Origin: Octopus sinensis | Lineage: Eukaryota | Assembly (NCBI RefSeq): GCF_006345805.1 | Contig: NC_042997.1 | Location: 180,110,001 to 180,174,000 of the forward strand | DNA length: 64,000 nucleotides | Direction of reading: 5' to 3' | Part shown: positions 54,339-64,000 of the stretch, in pieces | Layout: each line of letters starts with the position of its first letter | Numbering within the stretch: the first letter of the stretch is position 1 | Position numbers and translations under genes: made by a program | Notes under the pieces: model-generated | What the model saw: the letters and a program-made list of their open reading frames with translations, nothing else | What the model was told of the DNA's origin: nothing | The model's database searches: none

Positions 54339-56154
54339 TAGTGGAAATCCATCGGTTTGTCCTTTGGAAATTTGAAACAATAAGTGTTGACCATTGAGAC
54401 AGAGACATTGACGGCGAACGTAAACTAAAATGGAAGTGGAAATATTTATTGAAGTATCCGAAAAATATATATTAAAATTTAATGATTGAAGTTGTTCATG
54501 TATCATCAATGTAGTGACATATTCATGGTTGATCTTCAACTCGGCCACCTATATTTTGGTGTATATAAAATTCGTTTGGTTTCTACAGATAATCTGTTCT
54601 ATCTGTTGATGAACTCATTAAGTGCATTTTAAAATGACGATTAATTCATTCTGGCAAATTAGTATCTACGTGTCGGCTTTATTTGCGCTGTTGCGTACAA
54701 ATCAATACTTGCAAACTGAGTTGAGAAGTGTAATTGCTAAATTAGCAGAGGTCTTTCTTCTACAGAATTCTGAAGGCTCATTACGCTAAGTAAGCTATCG
54801 GAATGCTGCAGTGATTTGTATGAAAATTAGTCTTCATTTCATACTTGCCGATAAACTATAATACATTTTTAAAGTGATCTCTTCTTTTTAACTGATATGA
54901 CCATTAATGAAAATATATGTTCAAAGTATAAACTGCTATCAACTGAATCTTTCATTTGCATTGTGTTGGATGAGAGTAACGTCTGAAACTCATTTATTCT
55001 AAGTTTCAAATTGAATGTATGAGAGGTAAACTCTAAATTAACGTGAGATATGCAGCGTATGGACATGTTATTCAATACGTTTCTTTCTGCTTTAGAAAGG
55101 AACAAATAATGTGCAATTTGTGAAGGACAATTGTCATGAGTATCATTTGATACACAAATTTCTCGCAGCTTCTGGTACTGTGCCATTTTCTCCTTCAAAG
55201 AAATTGCTTTTATACAAAGAGAAGTTTAACACCTGTTCCCAGCACATAAGCTCGATTAGCAATTATTCCACGGAAATCAAAATATCTATTGGCATATTCT
55301 TTACATTTCAACCAATGAATTAATAAATGGTTAGATGTGAGTGTTATAATGGCTTCAAATTCCTTTACGAGGAATATGTAAATGTCTATAACACATAATC
55401 AATATTGATCCATTTGATAAATTTTTTATCAATTTTCAGACTTGTCTATATATATTGCCATATACACCGAAGTGTTTCATAAGTGGTAGGGAATATTCAA
55501 ATTTAATTTTGATCAATTTTTTTCTTATTTTGTCAAAACGTAATTTTCAGTTTATTAGCAATGTTTCTTGATTGGTTGCAGTATACATTTCTGGTATATT
55601 TTGGTTTCTTTGGTGTCGACCCATGCCTCGAAATTAATGCAAAACATGTAGAATACATCCTCCAAAACACTTGACAACATGTTCCTACATGATATACATT
55701 TCTTTGATATTGAGTATTATAAAATGATTCTTCCTTGGAAATGGCTTAATCCGATCAAGTAATTCTGTATATTGAAATGTAATAACGGATGTTGTGTACA
55801 TCTAATTTTAGCATTCTAAATTTTAGGTTATGCATCATCTGCTTCAACAAGTAATTCTCTTCCTTACATGCATAATTGTACTCACTGCGAGCAGTTCGCT
55901 CCTTACAAGAAACAAAAATTAAAATCTTCTACTTACATGCTGAATTTTTATTTCAAGAAAGAAAGAATTCAGAATTGTTTTAATTCGTTGTTCTACAGCT
56001 GAACCAGAAATTCTTTCTTGTATATAATTTATTATGTGCAACTATACTAAAATATGAAAAGCATCGTTGTAAAGGAGTAAAGGAGACAGATGAATTAGAT
56101 GAGATTGAGGCGGATTAGAAAACGACATGAGATTTCCATTGTCACACAATAATA

Positions 56155-57444
56155 CGAGGGACGTTCAATTAGTAATGCCTCTGACCCACTTGCAGTTGTT
56201 TGCTCTAGCTGAAAGTTTGCATGCGCAATCATTTATATCTCTATAGAGTAAGTGGCAATTTACAGCTCTGAATTAATTGTGGTTTCTGATATACAGGTGT
56301 TTAAACCGAGTCAAGTGTGAAATGGAGCATGTTGAGTGTCGAGCAGTGATCCGGTTTTTGTATTTGAAAGGACGCACACCACGTGAGACTTTTGATGAAA
56401 TGAAAGTAACTTATGGTGATGATGCCCCATCATATGACCTTGTAAAACGCTGGCATCGTGAATTCAAACATGATCGGAACTCTGTGGAAACAGCTCCCAG
56501 ATCTGGTCGCCCCCTTCTGTCATTGATGAGGCATCTGTCCGTCAAGTTGAGGCTGCCATTTTGGAAGATCGACGCATAATTATTCGCCAAATAGCCCATG
56601 AGGTCAAGATTAGTACCGGGTCTGTGGAAACTATCATTCATGACCATTTGCATATGCAAAAGGTGTCTCCAAGATGGATTCCCAGGTTGCTCACGCCTTT
56701 CCAGAAGCAAGAACGCATCGAGTGCTTGAGGGTGAATTTGGAGATGTGCCAAGAAGATGAGTCAAAATGTTTCAAAAGACTGATTACACAGGATGAAACC
56801 TGGGCCCATCACGATGATCCAGAGACCAAAGCCCAGTTAATGCAGTGGAAGCACCGTGACTCACCCCCTCCAAAGAAGGCAAGGGTGCAGCCCTCCGCTG
56901 GCAAGGTCATGCTCACAGTCTTCTGGGACCAGGACGGAGTAGTGATGACAGATTTCCTGGAAAAGGGTACCACAATTGCAGGAGCCTATTATGCTTCACT
57001 TTTGAGGAAATTAAGAGAAGTTATCAAAATCAAGAGGCGGGGCAAGATCAGCAAAGGCATCCTCCTGCTGCAGGACAACGCTCCGGTCCACAACTCGCTT
57101 GTCGCCAGATCAGAAGCACAGGCGTATGGCTATGAACTCCTCCCCATCCCCCTACTTTCCTGACCTTGTACCCTCTGATTTTCACCTCTTCCCAGTCATG
57201 AAGTTGTTTTTTAAAGGAAAGCGTTTCCCAGATGATGCAGCCTTGATTTCTGAAGTCAGGTTGAGGTTGGAGGAACAAGCTGGGGTCTTCTACAAAAACG
57301 GTCTCCAGAGCCGCCTCAAACGATGGGAGAAATGCGTAACTCTGGATGGTTCCTATGTAGAAAAAGACTAATAACTGTGCCATGTTTCGTTGCTCTACTG
57401 CTATGGGAAGTTGGTCAGGGGCATTACTTATTGAACGCCCCTCG
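56155..57444 (+). mobile_element. Full-length mariner (DD34D) transposon with 32-bp TIRs and TA TSD
   Basis: TA|CGAGGGACGTTCAATTAGTAATGCCTCTGACC ... GGTCAGGGGCATTACTTATTGAACGCCCCTCG|TA (3 mismatches); 1290 bp. Confidence 0.95.
56322..57371 (+). pseudogene. Mariner transposase, about 350 aa if frames are restored; frameshifts at about 56515 and 57145
   Basis: HTH N-terminus, WIPRLL, ITQDETW, QDNAPVH, YFPDLVPSD; D2-D3 spacing 34; no in-frame stops in the reconstructed frame. Confidence 0.9.
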
Positions 57445-58169
57445 TATTACTGATAACAGATTGTGAGCCAGTCATATTTGTTAAACTACGTCACTTTTAT
57501 CACGCAGTATCTGCAGAGGTATGCTCCAGCAGACGAATTATAAATTATCGTATTAATTAGAACATTATATTTATATTAATTTCTTGATGAGGAATCCACT
57601 TTAGCCAATTTCTGTAACATAATTCCATAATAAATTCATTAGCACAGTACGTTATAAAATGAGAATTTGTACGAATCAATTATGAAGAACTAAATATTAT
57701 TCATTACATTATTTTCAAGTATTTCTCAGACACATTTTGTTATTAAACGTAATGTAGTGATACATTTTTATAAGAGAAAAGTTTTCGACTAAGGTAAAAT
57801 AAGGTTTTTGAATAATTAAAAGGGAAGCAATCATATAATTTTATCTGCTTTGTATATTCTGGAAATGTCACCAATTTTGAAGTTACTATCACGAAGTTTT
57901 GAAGTTACTATCATTTGAGTAAATTATTTAGAAATATAAATGTCTCATTCATCGAATAGATTTGTTTCATAAAATACGGATTATTTAGAAATTTATTTAG
58001 GAGTGTCTTGCTGATCCCGGTCAAAATCATATTTGCTGTTGTTCTTTAACGCACAAACAATAATACATAAAAGAGAAAAACATGTGACATACAAGAACTC
58101 CAATTTTTGAGAAAAATTGTCAATGAAGAGAAAAGAATTTCAAGCCGAATATATTCTGGGATTTAATAA

Positions 58170-58903
58170 TTTCAATTTCAACATATATTTATATACATCT
58201 CGGCTTAAATAAATTTTACTGTGTTTCCGACGATATGCATGTAAGCAGTGATGACCTATGAATTTGAATTTTGCTTCTGAAGAATTAATAGAGCAGTCTA
58301 CAATTATATTGTTTATTTTTATGTATAACATTCGTCGAAGATATATTTTGTTAAGGTCGAACGCTCGTATTAATATTTGGTGAGATATTTTCATTCGTTT
58401 TTCACTATCAGATTGTATAACGAGTAATTACGTGAAAGTGATATAATCTTAGAACAGTGAATAAAAGGACTTACATGAATTATGCTCACAACAAATTCAA
58501 TTAGGAATATCAAGTGGAAATCTGAACCACCATCTGTTATTTATTTAAATTATATACAGAGTATCTCAGATTGCAGTACTACAGATGGAAATTACAGGAT
58601 TTCCCTAACTGTACTAATTCTCTAATTTGAAAATATAGGAATTTTCAGGAAGTCTACTTGTCAATTATGGGTAAGGCCCTCTTCATATCAAGTCTCGTCA
58701 ACCACAGTTCCTTAATATCTTATCAAAGCTGTCAGAAAACATATATTTCTAACATTAAATACATTAACATATTCCTTTCAATTTCAAAATTTATTTATAT
58801 ACATCTCTGCTGAAATAGATTTTACTCAGTATTCATCTAATTATCCCGACGATAGGCATGTAAGCAGTGGTGACCTATGAATTTGAAGTTTGCTTCTGAA
58901 GAA
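58170..58903. repeat. About 120-bp direct repeats at 58170-58284 and 58776-58903
   Basis: CGACGATA(T/G)GCATGTAAGCAGTG(A/G)TGACCTATGAATTTGAA(T/G)TTTGCTTCTGAAGAA in both. Confidence 0.85.
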
Positions 58904-59334
58904 AATTGAAGTTAAACACCACTTCAAGTAGAAAAATATAAATTGATTATTTTTAATGGTTACACATCAAAGAATTATTTCAGGCATCCCTAATAAATCT
59001 TAGATTAACATACATGGAAAACAGAGGTTGGGTGTTACATTTAATGTTTAGTTTTAATTACTGCAGATTAATAATTAAAAGAAAAGTGAAAACTTTTTTA
59101 CTAAATTCGAGAGATTGATGTTTTTTGAGCAAAAAACTTTGCAAAAGTGCTTCATGGAATATAGCTGTTGTAGGACATTAGGAGTAACTGCAAATAGAGT
59201 TAAGGAAATTAGCGTCATCTGCAAATGCAGGGGCGAAAGTAATATTGCTTATATTGATGATGACGTATTGTCTTTAGAAAAAGGTATGCTAAATATACTT
59301 AGTGAAATACTGTAGAGAGAGAGAGAGAATGAGA

Positions 59335-60185
59335 GGGCGAGTGCGATAGGTAAATTATCACCATTCCGATTCTATATTTTCAATTTCAGCCATGTACATT
59401 GTTTGATTTTCACTTTGTTGACTACAGAGTATAGTAGGGGCAGTAGGGCTCCGTCTCTGAGAAAAGCAGCACAATGACGCAATTCCCTCTGACGGAAATT
59501 TGGAAACTACATGCCGTACTGCTTGGCATTTGCGCTAGAAGCTCCAATGCGAACATTTCAGACTGTTTGAGTGTCAATTTCAGGATAGTGCAACATGAGG
59601 ACATGTACCGAGAGAGATAAAAATCAAACACCCTCTCAACATCATGGTATCTGGAGTGATCACTGTTGATGGCGACTTTATGCCTCCATTCATCTTTCCA
59701 CGTAGCCTCTGAATCAACACAAAGACCTACATCAAGTGCTTGGAGGCGATAGTGCTGCCCTGAGTCACAAGGCAGGCTGCTGTAAGACCCGATGTCTGGC
59801 AACAGGACTCTACACCATGCCACGCAAGTAGACTATCAGACAATTTCTGCAACAACATCACCCCGAACATCTGGCCACCTAACTCCCCACACTGCAACAA
59901 CCTCATTGATTATTATGCGTGGAGCGCAGTTGAGCGAGAGACCAAGGAAACTACTTGTGGCACCATCGATAAATTGAAGGCAAACATTATGGCAGCATTC
60001 ACCAACTTAAGCAATGAGACCGTCCAATAGGGTTGCAAGAGATTCCGAAGTCGTCTAGGGACCTTGGTTGAAGCCAGTGTCGATTTTACTGCATAAATTT
60101 CTGTTTAGTATTTCAAGATATTTTAATGTAATTTTCGTATATATATATATATATCTGTTAAAATGAGACATTTTATTCAGCGCAT
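59335..60185 (+). mobile_element. Internally deleted DD37D/maT-like Tc1-mariner element
   Basis: N-terminus HAVLLGICARSSNANISDCL joined to IMVSGVITVDGDFMPP...WQQDSTPCH...WPPNSPHCN..DYYAWS; ends degenerate. Confidence 0.7.
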
Positions 60186-60243
60186 ATATAATGTGTATTT
60201 CATATGTGTATGTATATATATATGTATGTACATGTATCTATAT

Positions 60244-60303
<60 letters not shown>

Positions 60304-61149
60304 ATGTGTGTGTGTGTGTGTGTATGAGTGTGTATGTCTGTGTCGGTGTGTGTATATATATATTTATTCATACATGTGTGTGTGCAATTCAGATATTGCA
60401 TGTCATAAACTATTGTATCTTAGGAATGAATTGAACATTTATTGACATAGAATGTGTTTTATTAAAAGGAGATTATCAATACACTTGACACTTAAGTGCT
60501 TAGAACCAACATTTTATTTCGATCTTTGATGTTTTTGAAGAGTCGTTACGTAAGGAAAAGATAGCTTTAAGGGAGACAAAATTTCTGTTCACTTATTTTT
60601 AATAAAGCCCTAGACAAATATGTGACTATAATTTCTGGCAAATACACGAATCTTTTGGGAGGTAGTGCCTTCAAACGCTACAAAATGGATTTCATGAACA
60701 AATAAGCATAAAATAAAATGTTTCATATTACTACGCATCTACTTTTATATATAGGACATTGAAGGACATGTATGTGTATATGACGGAATATCTCAAATCT
60801 TCGGATGCTGATGCTAGGCTTAATTATCTGCAAGTTTATACCTATGGGTTAGCTATCATTTATGAGTGGGGCCTCTGCGTGTCGTCTAATCTTTGAGTGC
60901 ATACGTAATAAGTGGTTTTTTGGATGAACATATAATATATTCAGACTTGGACGCTAACGCGTGCGTACACACGTGCTCTCACATGCATATATGTATGTAT
61001 GCAAGCATATATCTACATCTATCTACCTATATATAATTTATAATCGCGGCACTTTAGTCTATAAAAATTATATATGTACTCATCTTTTTTAGTTCTATTT
61101 TCCTATTTGCATCGCCAAACTTGTATATATTCAGTTATTCTCGAATTTG

Positions 61150-61336
61150 TGTCAATCATTTGACTGCGGCCACGCTGAAGCACTGCATTTAGTCAAACAA
61201 ATCGAACCCAGGGTGTATTCTTTGTAAGCCCAGTACTGATTTTATCGGTTTGTTTTTCCGAAACGCTAAGTGTCACGAGGACGTGAGCGCACCAGAATCG
61301 GTTGTTAAGTATGGTGAAGGAAACACAGACATGCAA

Positions 61337-61400
<64 letters not shown>
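61150..61400 (-). mobile_element. SINE family C, 3' half, diverged
   Basis: TCATTTGACTGCGGCCACGCTG...TTCTTTGTAAGCCCAGTAC. Confidence 0.75.
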
Positions 61401-61406
<6 letters not shown>

Positions 61407-62106
61407 GCATAAAAGTCAAACGATGAGATAGAGTGCTCAGCACCACATTGGTGTATAAATGTTTTTATTTCTGTATTAAGGCTGTCATTGGTTTTATGTT
61501 AAGAAACTATGCTAATATCTGAACAGTTCTCTTTTAGGGGACCGAAGGCCCCGATACGTTTCAGGATATTACAAAATATCGTAAGTAAAACTTATCTGCT
61601 GTCAATTTGGACGTTTTTACTCCAGGTAAAGCATAATCTCTGGACATGATCCCCGTCCGCATTGTGCTGCCAAATGAACGCAAATTCAGGTCGTCGTGGA
61701 AGGCAGAAAACTGAGATTCCATAGTTGCGGGTCCAAGTTGCATCTAAAATCATCTGTCCACCGCTGCCCACCTATATCAGGAAGAGGCTATCACTATCAT
61801 GCTTTTTCGCTTCTTTCATTTTACTCATGAATATATACTATGCATTCATTACTGCTTAGTTTTATTGTATTCTGTGTATACTTTATACGTATGTGTGTAG
61901 ATATGTGTGTGTGCGTGTGTGTTCAGTCAATTATTTTGTGATAAATATTTTGATGACACTGTCTGGTTCGCGATGGTAACATTTCTATTCAATTATATTC
62001 CCTTTGTACTGTTGTATCTCAATGATATTTATTTTGCAGTTTTGTGAAAGCAAAGATTTCGTATTATTTTCCAATTTAAAAAAAAATGCCTGAACACGAC
62101 AAAATA

Positions 62107-63270
62107 AAGGGTGCAGACGGTATTAGAGAACAGATATATTGTTAAAAAAAACACTTATATAATAACAGAAAAAGACTGTACTTTGAAAAAATAACAATCA
62201 TAAAGCTAAATTATCACTTTAAAAATTTCATTCAATAAAACCAACGTTAGCATCAATAACTGCCTCTACGCGGGGCCGTAATCGTGTACAAGCTCGGATT
62301 AAGTGGTCCTTCTTCATGTTGGACATGACTCGAACTATGGGGGATTTCAAAGAATCGTTGGTGCTATGGGGGTGTTCATTGACATTTTTGTGAACCGTGC
62401 TCTATACATAGTTGTCCGGGTGACTGAAATTTAGAGATCCATTCCTATATCATTTGAGCATTGTGCGATATTGCAGAATTTTGTTGACAAACATAAGGAC
62501 ATCCATTGCATACACTGTGGATCTAAGGCTTAACAAATTTATCCAGAACCTCAATATACGCTGCAGCATTCACTCTAAGGCCATGTGGAAAAAAGTGAGG
62601 AGGCATCACATGTCCTTCATTACTAACAACACCGAAAATCATGACAACTGCAGAAAATTTTGTGTGCATTACTTTTGGAACCTCAGAAGGGTCTGCACAT
62701 AGCCATCTGTCTTTTCTTCTGTTAATTTTCCGGTTCTGGTCAAAGTTCTTTTCTCATCTCAGAAAAACAGTATAATACCATCTTCTGAGGGATTTTTAAA
62801 GTTTGTTCAAAAGTCTTTTGGATATGATTAAACTGTTTTGACCTCTCGTATTCACATAAGATTTGTATCTGATGTCTTCATGCACAACATTTCTGATTGT
62901 TTTTTCTAACACACGAAATATTTTTGCAATTGGCTTCATTGAATTCCTTGGTTTGTCTTCAACGTTTTGCTTAACATCCTGAATAAATTCGGGTATCCTG
63001 ATAGAATCAGAGCGCTTGAAATATCTTTTACGTTTTGATTCAGGTAATATGCTTCCATCGTCTTTCTCGAATTCACGCCGAATGTTGCGGACTAAACATT
63101 TTGTAACTTTCACCATGCTTAGCCTCCAAAGCCACAATCACAGCATACCTTTTCCGTTCACTAGGAAGCATAAGGCCTGTCGTTATTTTCTGAAATAGAA
63201 GTTCAATAAAAATTAGTCAAATAGAATAATAACTAAAACGCTTGTGTTCTCAAATACAGTCCGCACCATG
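62107..63270 (-). mobile_element. DD37D/maT-like Tc1-mariner element, near full length, degenerate, with TIRs and TA TSD
   Basis: TA-flanked 27-bp TIRs (22/27 identical, counting the TA); minus translation VHEDIRYKSY...VVMIFGVVSNEGHVMPPHFF...YVCQQNSA. Confidence 0.8.
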
Positions 63271-63545
63271 TAGTAATACTTGAATGGGAAAAGCGTTCTC
63301 TCGAGCTGGTTTTGACTCGTAATGTAACCATGACCACGTAACATTATGTGAAAGGCGAAGGAGTTGCTAAAATAAATGTGTCGAAATCAAAGTAACAGAA
63401 TTTCATCTCGTAGCTATGGCGACAGCAGCACTTGCAAAAATACGAGCAGCAGCAATGGCAGTGACAAAAATGTAATGACAATGTCTACAGTAGCAACAGA
63501 AACAGCAATGACAACCAGAGCATCAGCAATACAACAGCAACTACG

Positions 63546-63735
63546 GCGGAGGAGCAATGGCACAGTGGTTAAGGCAGCGGACTCACGGTCGTAGGAACAC
63601 GGTTTCGATTCTCAGACCGGGCGTTGTGAGCGTTTGTTGAGCATAAACACCTAAGCTCCACGAGGCTCCGGTGTGGAGGGGGTGAACCCCGCCGTACTCT
63701 TTCACCACAACTTTCTCTCACTCTTTCTTCCTACT
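63546..63735 (+). mobile_element. SINE family A head and body followed by an unrelated GC-richer sequence (tail type iv)
   Basis: GCAATGGCACAGTGGTTAAGGCAGCGGACTC...TTTCACCACAACTTTCTCTCACTCTTTCTTCC. Confidence 0.85.
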
Positions 63736-64000
63736 TCAAACACAAAGCAGTGGAACCATGGTGTAACTCACTATGGTGTGGTAAACTTTCAGACCCTGGT
63801 CTGGATTGCGAATCCTCTGAAGCCCAGGATGGTTCAGCTCTCCACCCGTTAAAAGCCTCCGTTTACGGAATGAGGATAACAACGTAGCTTTCGCGCTCGT
63901 GCAACCGCCAGTCTATCGCGTGTGGTGAGAGGATCTTCAGTTTGCCACACGCATTCTTAGTAGCTTAGGGTAGGCTCGAATTAGAGATTATTCTTTGTGG

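Noticed and set aside
57875-57915. 22-bp tandem duplication TTTTGAAGTTACTATCA
   Set aside because: Ordinary slippage duplication with no further structure

Overview
AT-rich (~30% GC) eukaryotic, repeat-dominated DNA. The tRNA-derived SINE families and the dense (TA)n/(CA)n/(TATC)n microsatellites resemble an octopod cephalopod (Octopus-like) genome; this is recall, not a database result. No intact host protein-coding gene can be supported, and almost all track ORFs are microsatellite artefacts or transposon remnants. Recognisable content: Penelope-like elements (one 2.4-kb RT + GIY-YIG copy at 33.8-36.3 kb plus several tails and fragments), R4/Dong-, RTE- and CR1-type LINE fragments, a Gypsy 5' LTR + gag remnant, a near-complete DD34D mariner with TIRs and TA TSD, two DD37D (maT-like) elements, a Chapaev3-like remnant and about 20 SINE copies in 4 families. 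Best leads: (1) a set of minimal hammerhead-ribozyme motifs in Penelope tails, each with a different palindromic stem III, including an apparently intact U3-A8 compensatory variant and one inside a perfect 82-bp inverted repeat, with most tails abutting (TA)n tracts; (2) an isolated pre-miRNA-like hairpin at 29.3 kb; (3) a covarying 3' stem-loop shared by CR1-type LINEs and SINEs, and modular or multimeric SINE architectures.
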